Assembly: GCA_037445735.1 (NCBI GenBank)
Contig: JBBIJY010000005.1
Coordinates: 59,381 to 123,380 of the forward strand
DNA length: 64,000 bases
From: Armatimonadota bacterium
GTDB taxonomy: Bacteria > Armatimonadota > Fimbriimonadia > Fimbriimonadales > GBS-DC
Reading direction: 5' to 3'
Positions 30,249-40,473 of this stretch are shown piece after piece (within the stretch, counting starts at the first letter, position 1; every line of letters starts with the position of its first letter). Made by a program: the position numbers and the translations under genes. Below the pieces are notes generated by a model. The model was given only the letters and a program-made list of their open reading frames with translations. It searched no databases and was not told where the DNA came from.

Positions 30249-31808
30249 TCAATCCGCCTGGGTCATCAGCGTGTTTCTGGTGAGGATCAGGGCGCGGCTG
30301 AGTTCGTCAGCGGTGCAGGTGCGTTGTCCCGATTGAGCGAGGTGTGCGCCCGCGGCGGCGTGCAGATAGGCGCCTGCGAGGCTCGCCTCTAGCGGCGGCA
30401 ACCCCTGCGCGAGCAGACCCGCTATCGCGCCTGTCAGCACATCGCCTGAACCGCCCGTTGCCAGGCTCGGCTCGGCAAAGGGTATCAACCACACGCCAGC
30501 GCCGTCCGTCACGATGCTGTACGCACCCTTCAGCACTATGGTCGCCTCATAGCGTTCGTTCAGCAGGGCAGCCGCGCTGAGACGGTCCTCCTGCACCTGG
30601 CGCGTTTCGAGCTGGAGCAGTCGCGCTGCCTCGCCCGGATGCGGGGTCAGGACGGTGCGTGGTGGTAGCGACACGGCGTTGCCCAGTCGCGCCAGCCAGT
30701 TCAAGCCGTCGGCGTCGATCACCAGCGGTCGCCCCGTCTCGCTCCATCGCTCCAGCAGCTCCAGCATGGCGTTGCCCGTCGGCTCATGCTGACCCAGCCC
30801 GGGACCGAGTGCCAGCACATCGAATCGGCTCCACTGCTCGCTGAGGTAGCGCACGCCGTCGCGTGTCAGCGCGCCCAGCTCGCCATCAGGCAGGGGTAGC
30901 GTCATCAGTTCGGGATAGAAGGCGGCAACCTGCGGCTGGATGCGGGATGGCACAGCGACCGTTGCCAGCCCTGCACCGATTCGCAGCGCGGAGATGCCCG
31001 CCAGCGCAGGGGCGCCCACCATACCCACCGAGCCGCCCACCACCAGCACGGTTCCGCGCTGACCCTTATGCGTGTCGGGCGACCACACCGGCAGCATCGA
31101 AGCCACATCCTGCGGGCGCAGCAGTCGCGCCGTGCATTCACACGCCTGCAGGCGTTGCGGCGCGATGCCTATCGGCACCGCCACCCACTGCCCCACACAG
31201 CGCGGCCCCGCGTTCAGGAAGAAGCCGATTTTGGGCAGTCCCATCGTCACGGTGCAGGTCGCCCGCACGGCGACGCCCAGCTCGCGCCCCGTGTCGGCGT
31301 CCAGCCCGGAGGGGATGTCCACCGCCACAATCGGGCGGTTCGAGCGGTTCATCGCTTCAATCAGCGAGCGGTACGGCTCGCGCACCTCGCCCGTCAGCCC
31401 TGTGCCAAGCAGCGCGTCGACCAGGATGTCCTCGCCCTGAAACAGTCCTGGGTCGGGCTGGGCAGGCGTCGCCAGCGCGGGGATGCCGTACGCGCGCACC
31501 ATCTGCCACTGGATGGCGGTGTCGCCCGTGAACTCGTTCGGCTCCGCCATTAGCCACAGATGCACCTGTGCGCCCGCCTCATGCAGATAGCGGGCGACCA
31601 CCATGCCGTCGCCCCCATTATTGCCCTTGCCCACCAGCACAGCGATATGGCGACCCTGTATCGGGCTGAACCGCTCGCACAGGTAGCGGAACACGCCCTG
31701 ACCCGCCCGCTCCATCAGGATCAGCGACGGGATACCGTCCTCTTCGATGGTGAGCCGATCGAGGGCGCGCATCTCCGCCGCGCTCACCACTGGCACGCCC
31801 CAGCGCAT
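30249..31808 (-). CDS. nnr: Bifunctional NAD(P)H-hydrate epimerase/dehydratase
   Basis: LMERAG, GKGNNGGDG, DIPSG, HKGQRG, LTPHPGE and ATGGSGDVLTG. Confidence 0.95.
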   Translation of the reverse strand: MRWGVPVVSAAEMRALDRLTIEEDGIPSLILMERAGQGVFRYLCERFSPIQGRHIAVLVGKGNNGGDGMVVARYLHEAGAQVHLWLMAEPNEFTGDTAIQWQMVRAYGIPALATPAQPDPGLFQGEDILVDALLGTGLTGEVREPYRSLIEAMNRSNRPIVAVDIPSGLDADTGRELGVAVRATCTVTMGLPKIGFFLNAGPRCVGQWVAVPIGIAPQRLQACECTARLLRPQDVASMLPVWSPDTHKGQRGTVLVVGGSVGMVGAPALAGISALRIGAGLATVAVPSRIQPQVAAFYPELMTLPLPDGELGALTRDGVRYLSEQWSRFDVLALGPGLGQHEPTGNAMLELLERWSETGRPLVIDADGLNWLARLGNAVSLPPRTVLTPHPGEAARLLQLETRQVQEDRLSAAALLNERYEATIVLKGAYSIVTDGAGVWLIPFAEPSLATGGSGDVLTGAIAGLLAQGLPPLEASLAGAYLHAAAGAHLAQSGQRTCTADELSRALILTRNTLMTQAD

Positions 31809-31869
31809 ACTCTCCCGATTCACCTTCCGCAACGGCTCTCCTGCCTGTGCGTGGGGTATCCTTCTAACC

Positions 31870-34197
31870 ATGGTGAACGCTAATCGTCGCAAGGGGCACG
31901 CGGTGGTGCTGGGCGCGGGCACGATGGGCAGCGGCATCGCCGCGCTGTTAGCCAGCGTCGGCTGGCGCGTTACCCTGCTCGATGTGGGCGAGGTCGCCCT
32001 CCACGCGCTGGAGCGACTGAAACAGAGCGGCGCGTTCTATCACCCCGATGACGCGATGCGAATCACCCCTGGCAATGTGGACAGCCAGCTGGACGCGGTG
32101 GAGAGCGCAGACTGGGTGCTGGAAGCGATTATCGAGCGCATCGAGCCGAAGCGGGAGCTGTGGGCGCGCGTGGCGAAGCGGGTGAACCCCGACGCCGTGT
32201 TAAGCACGAATACTTCGGGGCTGGGCATCGCCGAGATTGCCGAAGCGCTGCCACCGAACCTGCGCAGCCGCTTTCTGGGCACCCACTTTTTCAACCCGCC
32301 GCGCGTGATGCACCTGCTGGAGATTATTCCCACCGCCGACACCGACCCCGACCTGGTGGTGCAGTTCACTGCCTTCGCGGAACGGCTGCTGGGCAAGCGC
32401 GTGGTGCTGGCGAAGGACCGACCTGGCTTCATCACCACGCGAATCGGCATCTATGCGCTGATGCGGGCGCTGGCAAGCGCAATTCAATTTCGCATCACGC
32501 CCGAAGAGGCGGATACCCTGCTGGGTCCGCTGGTCGGTCGCCCGCGCAGTGGGGTCTTTCGGCTCGCCGATCTGGTGGGGCTCGATGTCGCGCATAACAT
32601 TATTCTCAATCAGAAGGAGCGCCTGCCCGACGATTTTTATATTCAATCGCTGCAGTTGCCGCCTGTGTGGCACGCGCTGATAGAGCAGGGTCGGCTGGGC
32701 GAGAAGGCGGGCGCGGGCTTTTATAAGCGTGAAGGGCGCGAGATCCTGACCCTCGATTTCGACACGCTCACCTATCGCCCGCGTCGGGAGCCGCAGCTGC
32801 CGCTGGAGCCGTCCGTTCCACAGCTGCCGCTGCCAGAGCGGCTGCAGGCGCTGCTCAATCTGCCCGATCGGTACGGCGCCTTCTTCCGCGAGGCGTTCCT
32901 GATGCCGCTGGCGTACGGCGCGGAGGTGATGCCCGAAGTCGCCTACGACATCCCATCGCTCGATATGGCGATGCGACTGGGCTACAACTGGGAGCTGGGC
33001 GTGTTTGAGAGCTGGGACGCGCTGGGTGAGGCGGGGCGCGACGCGCTCGCCCAGCTGAACCTGCCCGGCGAACCCGCCACGCTGCGAGCGTTGCGCAACG
33101 CGGGATTCAACCGCTTCTATACCACCCTCGGCGCCACGCGCGTCTACTTTGAACCGCGCGATGATGAGGGCGACTATGTGCCCTTCACCACACCCCACTT
33201 CTTCATCCAGCTGGACGACCTCGCGCGCGGCGGCAAACTCATCGAAGAGCATCCTGAAGCCCGCCTGATCGATCTGGGCGACGATGTGGTCTGCATCGAG
33301 TTCCGCACCAAAGCGAATGTGCTGACGCCCGATTTGATGCGCTTCCTCCACCATGCGCTGGAGCGGGCGGAGCGTGAGTTCGCAGGTGTCGTGATCGGCA
33401 ATCAGGGACGCATGTTCTCGGCAGGGTTCAATCTGAACCTGTTCGTGGAGTATATCACGGCGGAGGACTGGCAGGGTCTGGACGCGGGTCTGCGCCTTCT
33501 GCAGGGCTTGAGCCAGCGCATTCGCACCTGCGGCGTGCCAGTGGTGGCGGCGGTGCACGGTTATGCGCTGGGCGGCGGGCTGGAGGTGGCACTGCCCTGC
33601 GCCCATGTGCATGCGCATGTGGATGCCAGCCTCGGTCTGCCCGAAGCGCTGGTCGGGCTGATCCCCGCCGGGGGCGGCACCACACTGATGACCCGCCGCG
33701 CACTGGAGAATCTCCCACCCGAGGACGACCCACTGCCCCACCTGCGCCCCGTCTTCCAGACGCTGGCGTTCGGCAAGCGCTCAAATAACGCCTTCGACGC
33801 CTGCACGCTGGGCTTCCTGCGACCGCACGACACGCTCTGCTGGAACATCGACCGCCTGCTGTACGAAGCCAAGCAGCATGTGCTGGCGCTGTCGCGGGCA
33901 GGCTACCGACCACCTCAGCCCACGCCCATCCTCGCCACAGGCGAGAACGGCTTCGCGCGACTGATGATGGAGGTTCACTGGGCGCACAAAGCGGAACAGA
34001 TCAGCGACCACGACCGCCTCATCGCCGAAAAGATTGCTTATGTGATGACCGGCGGCGCGGTCAAATCGGCTACCCCCCTGCCCGAAGAGCATTTCCATGC
34101 ACTCGAACGCGAGGCGTTCATCGAACTCTGCCGCACGCCCAAAACGCTGGAGCGTATCCGCCACATGCTCGAAACGGGCAAACCGCTGCGCAACTGA
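31870..34197 (+). CDS. 3-hydroxyacyl-CoA dehydrogenase / enoyl-CoA hydratase (FadN-like)
   Basis: VLGAGTMGSGIA, STNTSG, THFFNPPR, crotonase ALGGGLE and C-terminal GKPLRN. Confidence 0.92.
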   Translation: MVNANRRKGHAVVLGAGTMGSGIAALLASVGWRVTLLDVGEVALHALERLKQSGAFYHPDDAMRITPGNVDSQLDAVESADWVLEAIIERIEPKRELWARVAKRVNPDAVLSTNTSGLGIAEIAEALPPNLRSRFLGTHFFNPPRVMHLLEIIPTADTDPDLVVQFTAFAERLLGKRVVLAKDRPGFITTRIGIYALMRALASAIQFRITPEEADTLLGPLVGRPRSGVFRLADLVGLDVAHNIILNQKERLPDDFYIQSLQLPPVWHALIEQGRLGEKAGAGFYKREGREILTLDFDTLTYRPRREPQLPLEPSVPQLPLPERLQALLNLPDRYGAFFREAFLMPLAYGAEVMPEVAYDIPSLDMAMRLGYNWELGVFESWDALGEAGRDALAQLNLPGEPATLRALRNAGFNRFYTTLGATRVYFEPRDDEGDYVPFTTPHFFIQLDDLARGGKLIEEHPEARLIDLGDDVVCIEFRTKANVLTPDLMRFLHHALERAEREFAGVVIGNQGRMFSAGFNLNLFVEYITAEDWQGLDAGLRLLQGLSQRIRTCGVPVVAAVHGYALGGGLEVALPCAHVHAHVDASLGLPEALVGLIPAGGGTTLMTRRALENLPPEDDPLPHLRPVFQTLAFGKRSNNAFDACTLGFLRPHDTLCWNIDRLLYEAKQHVLALSRAGYRPPQPTPILATGENGFARLMMEVHWAHKAEQISDHDRLIAEKIAYVMTGGAVKSATPLPEEHFHALEREAFIELCRTPKTLERIRHMLETGKPLRN

Positions 34198-34210
34198 GAG
34201 GGAGCACACC

Positions 34211-34579
34211 ATGCGGAAACGCGCACAGGAGACACGGCTCTATCGGCTGGAGATGAACGAGCGAATCTTAAACAGCGGCTTCAAGCCGTTCCAGCGGTTC
34301 TTCGCGCTGGACGCCGCCGCCTACGAATCAGGCGCCATCCCCGTCAAATACAAAGAGCTGATGGGGCTGGTTGGATCGATGGTGCTGCGCTGTAATGACT
34401 GCATCTTCTATCATCTGGATCGCTGTGTGCAGGAGGGCGCCACGCGCGAGGAACTGCACGAGGCGATGAACATCGCGCTCATCATCGGCGGCTCCATCGT
34501 TATCCCGCACCTGCGCTATGCCTACGAGGTGATGGATGAGCTGTTCGAGGAAAAAGCCCAGCGCGAGGGAGGTGCATAG
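34211..34579 (+). CDS. Carboxymuconolactone decarboxylase / AhpD-like protein
   Basis: KELMGLVGSMVLRCNDCIFYH and GGSIVIPH. Confidence 0.88.
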   Translation: MRKRAQETRLYRLEMNERILNSGFKPFQRFFALDAAAYESGAIPVKYKELMGLVGSMVLRCNDCIFYHLDRCVQEGATREELHEAMNIALIIGGSIVIPHLRYAYEVMDELFEEKAQREGGA

Positions 34580-34822
34580 ATGGCAACCGTGCATATGAAG
34601 ATAGCGACCGTCACGCGCGACCAGGTGAAGGTGCCATGGCTGTGGCGACTGGGACGCGATTTTGAGCTGCAGGTGAACATTTTGAAGGCGAACATCGATG
34701 ACGATTTCGGCTGGGCACTGATCGAGCTGCAGGGTCCCGTCGAGGAGATTCAGCGGGCAACGGCGTGGCTCCACACGACGGGACTGCATGTGGAGCCTGT
34801 GGAGCGCTCCGTTTCGGAATAA
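34580..34822 (+). CDS. NIL-domain protein
   Basis: VNILKANIDDDFGWALIELQG. Confidence 0.8.
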   Translation: MATVHMKIATVTRDQVKVPWLWRLGRDFELQVNILKANIDDDFGWALIELQGPVEEIQRATAWLHTTGLHVEPVERSVSE

Positions 34823-34825
34823 GCG

Positions 34826-35746
34826 ATGCCTGCGGTTTTACTGAAGCGACCGTCGCCGCCGCCCGACTTTGAAGCCTTCTGGCGTGAGGTGGTCGCCGAG
34901 AGTGACACCCTGCCCCTGATCTCTGAGCGTGTGCATCAGCCCTCGGATGACACGCTCACCCATAAGGTGTTTCGTTTGCGCTGGCGGGGCGCTGATGGCA
35001 AAGGGCGCGAGGGCTGGTACGCCGTGCCGCGCACCCCTGCCACCGAAAAACGGGTGGGACTGCTCTACCTGCCCGGCTACGGCATCGGCACCACCCCCAT
35101 CAACGAGAACACGGCTTTTGACCGCTTCGTCACCCTGTCGCCCAATCTGCACGGCTATTCGGTGGAGCCGAACATTCCCTATAGCCCCGAACACGGCTAC
35201 TTCACGCAGGGCATCGAATCGCCGCACACCTATGTGTATCGGCGTATCATGCTGGATTGCCTGCTCGCTGTGCGCGTGCTGAGCGCTCAGCCGGAGGTCG
35301 ATTCGAGCCGGATTGTTGCGGCGGGGTTGAGTCAGGGAGGTGGTCTGGCGGTGATGCTGGGCGCATGGTGCCCGCTGGTGCGCGTGGTGGTTGCGGAACT
35401 GCCTGCGCTCACCTACTGGGAGTATCTGCTGAACGCCACCGCGTGGCGCTACCCCATCAAAGAGTTCGCCGACTACATGCAGGCAACGGGGCACCGCCCC
35501 GAAACGCTGCTGCAAACCCTGCAATATTTTGATACGGTTAACCATGCGCCCTTTGTGCGCGTGCCAGTGCAGCTGAGCCTCGCGCTGAAAGACCCCGGCA
35601 TCCGCGCACCAGTGGTCTTTTCGCTTTATGACGCCCTCCCCCACCCCAAACGCCTGCTGATTTACGAAGATTTAGGGCATGACTGGTCACCCGAGATGCA
35701 CATACGCCTGCAGGAGTGGGTGAATCAGCACCTTTTGCAGAGATAA
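34826..35746 (+). CDS. Acetylxylan esterase / cephalosporin-C deacetylase (CE7-like)
   Basis: PPDFEAFW, GLSQGGGL nucleophile elbow, YFDTVN and C-terminal GH. Confidence 0.88.
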   Translation: MPAVLLKRPSPPPDFEAFWREVVAESDTLPLISERVHQPSDDTLTHKVFRLRWRGADGKGREGWYAVPRTPATEKRVGLLYLPGYGIGTTPINENTAFDRFVTLSPNLHGYSVEPNIPYSPEHGYFTQGIESPHTYVYRRIMLDCLLAVRVLSAQPEVDSSRIVAAGLSQGGGLAVMLGAWCPLVRVVVAELPALTYWEYLLNATAWRYPIKEFADYMQATGHRPETLLQTLQYFDTVNHAPFVRVPVQLSLALKDPGIRAPVVFSLYDALPHPKRLLIYEDLGHDWSPEMHIRLQEWVNQHLLQR

Positions 35747-35767
35747 GGTGGTGAGGTTCGCGAGCCC

Positions 35768-35928
35768 ATCAACCCTGTTATCATAATCGCACTGGTTGCG
35801 CCAGATTCGCAAATCTCTAAGGAGAGCGGCGACCGTGGGCTGCCCCTTTTGTCGAAGGAGTCCGCCGAAAGTGTCTCCATCAGCACATGCTGAAGATCCG
35901 GACTAACTGTTCGTGCTTGCAGGGTGAT
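35768..35928 (-). ncRNA. ssrS: Probable 6S RNA
   Basis: Rod fold: closing ACCCUG/CAGGGU, CCGGAU/AUCUGG, central bubble, GGAGA/UCUCC and CGGCG/CGCCG. GGGGCAGCCCAC resembles the 6S GGGCACCCAC motif. G-U pairs favour the minus strand; TATATT -10 at 35935-35940. Confidence 0.65.
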
Positions 35929-35950
35929 CTCCTAAATATAGGCTCCAATC

Positions 35951-36574
35951 TCATTCCTGTGGCGGCAACAGGTCATCGACGGCAATCACGCTTTCTGGTT
36001 TGGCAACGGGCGTCAGCACCTCCCCCGCGCGATACACCCCCTGCTGACGATAGCCGTACCCATAGGGACGCCCACTCATCGGCACCGGCTCACGAAACAC
36101 CTCCACCACCCGCTCCGCAAGATTGATAATCCAGTATTCGGGGATGCCTGCCCATGCATACAGGCTGGCTTTGGTGTGGCGATCCAGACGCAGCGTGGTC
36201 TCGCTGACCTCCACCACCAGCACGGCGCGGGTGGGATGTGCACGAGCGAAGTCGCGAATGGTGCCCTCCACCACCGCGACATCGGGCAGGGGTTCATCCC
36301 GCTCGCTCAAGGTCAGGGGCAGCTGGGTGTCGACAAGGTAGCCTGCCTCTTCAGGAAAGACACTTCGCAGGGCACGCACACATAAGCGAATCGCGGTCGC
36401 ATGGGCACTTTTCATCGGTAGCTCCTTTGCGATGAGTTCGCCGTTGATGAGCTCGATCTTCTCGTCGGGCTGGATGATGCCCGCCTCAATCATGCGCTCC
36501 AGATCGGCGCGGGTGAACTTGCGTCGGTAGCCCGCACGGTATGCCGGCGAAACACGGGGTAGTGTCTTTGCCAT
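35951..36574 (-). CDS. Uma2/DUF820-family endonuclease-like protein
   Basis: KIELINGEL, EPLPDVAVV, LVVEVS and KASLYAWAGIPEYWIINL. Confidence 0.9.
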   Translation of the reverse strand: MAKTLPRVSPAYRAGYRRKFTRADLERMIEAGIIQPDEKIELINGELIAKELPMKSAHATAIRLCVRALRSVFPEEAGYLVDTQLPLTLSERDEPLPDVAVVEGTIRDFARAHPTRAVLVVEVSETTLRLDRHTKASLYAWAGIPEYWIINLAERVVEVFREPVPMSGRPYGYGYRQQGVYRAGEVLTPVAKPESVIAVDDLLPPQE

Positions 36575-36665
36575 ATCTCCAGTATACCCTGTGCAGCCGT
36601 CGCACACGGAATCCGCCTGAATCGCGTATAATATCTTCTGGCGAAGACGCCAGGAGGGAACAGCT

Positions 36666-38279
36666 ATGAGCCAGCAACTGATTACGGAACGCAAGACACG
36701 GTTCGTATCGCTGTCGGGCATCGAAATCAAGCGTTACTATACGCCCGACGATATTGCTCAGCTCGATTACCAGCGCGATCTGGGCAATCCGGGCGAGTAC
36801 CCCTTCACGCGCGGGCTGTATCCGACAGGCTATCGCACCAAACTGTGGACGATTCGCCAGTTTTCGGGCTTTGCCACACCTGAAGAGACCAACCAGCGCT
36901 ATAAATATCTCATCTCACAGGGTCAGACGGGGCTGTCGGTGGCGTTTGACCTGCCCACGCTGATGGGCGTTGATCCTGACGATCCCGAAGCGGAAGGGGA
37001 GGTGGGCAAGTGCGGGGTAAGCGTCGCCTCACTCAAAGATATGGAGATCCTGTTCGATGGCATCGATCTGGGCGCCATCACGACCTCGATGACCATCAAC
37101 GCGCCTGCGATCATCATCTGGGCGATGTATCTCGCCGTCGCCGAGCAGCAGGGCGTGCCGTTAGACAGACTCTCGGGCACCATTCAGAACGACATTCTCA
37201 AGGAGTTTATTGCCCAGAAAGAATGGATTTTCCCGCCTGAACCGCATATGAAGCTCATCGTGGACACGGTGGAGTTCGGCTGTCGTTATGTGCCGAAGTG
37301 GCATCCCATCAGCATCAGTGGCTATCATATTCGTGAGGCAGGCTCCACCGCTGTGCAGGAGCTGGCATTCACCTTAGCCGACGGCTTCGAATATGTGCGC
37401 TGGTGCCTCGATAGAGGGCTGGACATCGATGAGTTCGCGCCGAAGTTGTCCTTTTTCTTCAACGCGCATATCGACTTCTTTGAGGAGATCGGCAAGTTCC
37501 GCGCAGCCCGGCGCATCTGGGCGCAGGAGATGCGTGAGACCTTCGGCGCGAAGAACCCGCGCTCCTGGTGGCTCCGATTCCACACGCAGACCGCTGGCTG
37601 TTCCCTCACCATGCAACAGCCCTATGTGAATATCATTCGCTCCACGATTGAGGCGCTGGCGGCGGTGCTGGGCGGCACGCAGTCGCTGCATGTGAACTCG
37701 TTTGATGAGGCATGGGCACTGCCCACCGAAGAAGCCGCCCTGCTCTCCCTGCGCACCCAGCAGGTGATTGCCGAAGAGACGGGCGTTGCCAGCACGGTCG
37801 ACCCGCTGGGTGGCGCGTACTTTGTGGAATGGATGACCAGCAAGATGGAGGAGGGCGCCCGCGAATACTTCCGCCGTATCGAGCAGCAGGGCGGCGTCAT
37901 CCCTGCCATTAAGAACGGCTTCTTCCAGCAGGAGATTGCTGATGCCGCCTATCAGTTCCAGCGGCGTGTGGAAGAGCGCGACTTTATCTGGGTCGGTGTT
38001 AACGAGTACCAGCTGGACGAGGAGCCGATCCCGTTCCGCATCCTGAAGATCCCAGAGGAGACGCGCGAGAAGCAGGTTCAGCGCATGCAGGCGCTTCGGC
38101 GGGAACGCGACAATCGGGCGGTGGCACAGGCGCTGCGAGACCTGCAGTCCGCCGCGCGCCGCGAGGAGAACCTGATGCCGCCCATTCTGAACGCTGTTAA
38201 AGCCTACGCTACACTGGGCGAGATCGTGAACGCGCTCAAAGAGGTCTACGGAACCTACACCGAGAGCGCGATTATCTGA
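36666..38279 (+). CDS. B12-dependent acyl-CoA mutase large subunit (isobutyryl-CoA mutase-like)
   Basis: [37 protein letters not shown] and GGTQSLH; no B12-binding domain; RQF and AQKE specificity residues. Confidence 0.9.
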   Translation: MSQQLITERKTRFVSLSGIEIKRYYTPDDIAQLDYQRDLGNPGEYPFTRGLYPTGYRTKLWTIRQFSGFATPEETNQRYKYLISQGQTGLSVAFDLPTLMGVDPDDPEAEGEVGKCGVSVASLKDMEILFDGIDLGAITTSMTINAPAIIIWAMYLAVAEQQGVPLDRLSGTIQNDILKEFIAQKEWIFPPEPHMKLIVDTVEFGCRYVPKWHPISISGYHIREAGSTAVQELAFTLADGFEYVRWCLDRGLDIDEFAPKLSFFFNAHIDFFEEIGKFRAARRIWAQEMRETFGAKNPRSWWLRFHTQTAGCSLTMQQPYVNIIRSTIEALAAVLGGTQSLHVNSFDEAWALPTEEAALLSLRTQQVIAEETGVASTVDPLGGAYFVEWMTSKMEEGAREYFRRIEQQGGVIPAIKNGFFQQEIADAAYQFQRRVEERDFIWVGVNEYQLDEEPIPFRILKIPEETREKQVQRMQALRRERDNRAVAQALRDLQSAARREENLMPPILNAVKAYATLGEIVNALKEVYGTYTESAII

Positions 38280-39627
38280 TGGCGCCCGAGGCTGTCAGGG
38301 AACTGAGCCTGGCGCGAATCTTGTCGGGTTCGAGCGTGTGCCAGGTGCCCTCCTGATAGAGGATAGCACCTTCCACCATCGTGAGGGCAATATCTTCGCT
38401 GCGGGCGACCAGCACCAGCGCGGCGTATGGGTCGGGCATCTGGCTGAACGCCAGGCGATGCGTGCGCACGGCAATCACATCGGCGCGTTTACCCACCTCC
38501 AGCGAGCCAATCTGTTCAGCAAGCCCCAGACTGCGTGCGCCCTCCAGAGTGGCGATTGCCACCCAGTCGCGCCAGCTCGGTTGGGCGGTGTAAGCGTGCG
38601 CCCGCTGCGCCAGCGCCGCAAAACGCAGCTCCTCCCACAGATCCAAACTGCCGCTGCTGACCACACTGTCAGTGCCCAGCCCGATGCGCACCCCGCGCCG
38701 CCGCAGCTCATAAATCGGCGCGATGCCCGTCAGCAGCCGCGCGTTGGAGCGCGGACAGTGCGCCACCGCTGTATCGCTTTCAGCAATGAAACGCATCTCG
38801 TATGGTTCCACCCGCACGCAATGCACCAGCTGCGTATCCGCGCCCAGCACGCCCGCCTGATTCAGGTACTCCACGGGCGGCACGCGCGGATGCAAATAGT
38901 CAATCCCGCGCTGGGCGAACAGCTCGGCGAATGCGCCTGAACCTGAGCGGGTGAGCGCGACCTCCTCCGACGATTCCGCCGCATGAATGCTGAGCGGCAG
39001 GCTCTGACTGCGTGCGTGCTGCACCAGTGCCTTCAGCAGGCTGTCGCGCACGGTGTAGACGGCGTGCGGTGCGATGCCCAGCGACACGCGCTCCGTCGCC
39101 TCGTGCTTCGCCAGCGTCCTGCGCAGGGCGTCGAGCTTCTCCTTGAGCTGGTTCAGGATGGTCTCGTCATCGGGTTCCGATTCGATGCCGAACACCTCCT
39201 GATAGATGCGCCCGCGCAGTCCGCTCCGCGCCAGCGCCTCCACGCTCACGCCCGAATCGGTGTTGTCCGCTATGAAAGTGATGCCGCTGGCGATACACTC
39301 GGCGGCGCCCAGCAGCGCGGAGGGCAGCCAGAGGTCGACAGGCGTCTGTGCTTTCAGCTCCACCAGCGCCCGAATCCATGCAAAAAAGGGCACACGGTCG
39401 TTCAGCCCGCGCAGGGCGGTGTACTCCAGATGGCAGTGCGCGTTCACCAGCCCCGGCATCAGAATCGCATCGCCAAAATCCAGCACATCGCTCGCCCTGC
39501 GCGTGCCGCTCTGCGAACGCACCTCCACAATCTGCCCGTTTTCCACCACCACCTCGCCATTCGGCAACGGCTCGCCACTGATGGGCAGCACCCAATTCGC
39601 TCGCAGGATCAAAGCGGGGTGTTCCAT
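38272..39627 (-). CDS. Amidohydrolase (MTA/SAH deaminase-like)
   Basis: [36 protein letters not shown] and [10 protein letters not shown]. Confidence 0.88.
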   Translation of the reverse strand: MEHPALILRANWVLPISGEPLPNGEVVVENGQIVEVRSQSGTRRASDVLDFGDAILMPGLVNAHCHLEYTALRGLNDRVPFFAWIRALVELKAQTPVDLWLPSALLGAAECIASGITFIADNTDSGVSVEALARSGLRGRIYQEVFGIESEPDDETILNQLKEKLDALRRTLAKHEATERVSLGIAPHAVYTVRDSLLKALVQHARSQSLPLSIHAAESSEEVALTRSGSGAFAELFAQRGIDYLHPRVPPVEYLNQAGVLGADTQLVHCVRVEPYEMRFIAESDTAVAHCPRSNARLLTGIAPIYELRRRGVRIGLGTDSVVSSGSLDLWEELRFAALAQRAHAYTAQPSWRDWVAIATLEGARSLGLAEQIGSLEVGKRADVIAVRTHRLAFSQMPDPYAALVLVARSEDIALTMVEGAILYQEGTWHTLEPDKIRARLSSLTASGAIR

Positions 39628-40259
39628 GCGCGCCACATCTCCTCCAGAGTGATATTTTTCACATGCAGGTCGGCAAACAGGCAGTTGTAGCGGTAGCCCG
39701 GATCGGGCGGATAATCACCAGAGAACCAGCTCCTGCTGCCGTGCCACTTGCCCGTGCCATCGAACAGCATGTTAATCTGGGAACTGTACTGGAAACTGCC
39801 GACGCGCATCTGGCGGAAGGCGATCTCGGTGCGGAACAGATAGCTGGTGCCGTAGCGCTTGTAGGAAGAGGGGCGAGTGTCAAACGGTTCACCCGTGAAG
39901 TCCTGAATGGTGTAGCCGATATCGGAGGGGCATCGCCAGATTTCGCGGCTCTTCTGATAGGGTTGCAGCACCTCGTGCAGAAAGGGCATCGACGGGATCA
40001 GTTGTTGCCACTGCGGGTAGTCGCGCCAGATTTGCGGCGTGTAGTAGTCGGTCGGGTCCACCGCGAACGGGTAGAGGTCGTCGTGATCGGTGGCATACAT
40101 CTCGATGGACATCCCGATCTGGCGCAGGTTGGAAAGACACTGGCTCTGACGGGCTTTGGCACGCGCTGTCGCAAACACAGGGAACAGCAATGCCACCAGC
40201 ACGGCAATAATCGCGATCACCACCAGCAGCTCAATCAGGGTGAACCCCGTGCGTTTCAT
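39609..40259 (-). CDS. Prepilin-type N-terminal cleavage/methylation protein (DUF1559-like)
   Basis: [49 protein letters not shown] and [10 protein letters not shown]. Confidence 0.9.
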   Translation of the reverse strand: MKRTGFTLIELLVVIAIIAVLVALLFPVFATARAKARQSQCLSNLRQIGMSIEMYATDHDDLYPFAVDPTDYYTPQIWRDYPQWQQLIPSMPFLHEVLQPYQKSREIWRCPSDIGYTIQDFTGEPFDTRPSSYKRYGTSYLFRTEIAFRQMRVGSFQYSSQINMLFDGTGKWHGSRSWFSGDYPPDPGYRYNCLFADLHVKNITLEEMWRAWNTPL

Positions 40260-40473
40260 CGTTCAGCACCTGTTGCATGATACCCTCATGTTGCCTCTCC
40301 CTTGCTGAAGGCGTTCCTGCACAAGCCGAGCCGACCTGCGCGGGCTTTATTCATCAGAAATGGTACTGCCCCTCGGCGTCGGCGCGGAAGCGAGGGCTTG
40401 CCTTTTTCGGAACTTTTCAGCAGGAGAGTGGCAGGCAATCGCGAATCGAAAGGGCACGGGAGGATAGCAAGCG

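Noticed and set aside
32200-33741. Long antisense ORFs, such as 513 aa opposite fadN and 483 aa opposite recG
   Set aside because: Expected by-product of GC-rich codon usage; no independent motifs.
35821-35880. GGAGAG...CGAAGGAG resembling a glycine riboswitch
   Set aside because: Lacks the CUCUCAGG 3' element and has no plus-strand gene downstream; a minus-strand 6S-like fold fits better.
40429-40442. TGGCAGGCAATCGC as a sigma54 promoter for liv
   Set aside because: GG-to-GC spacing is 9 nt instead of 10.
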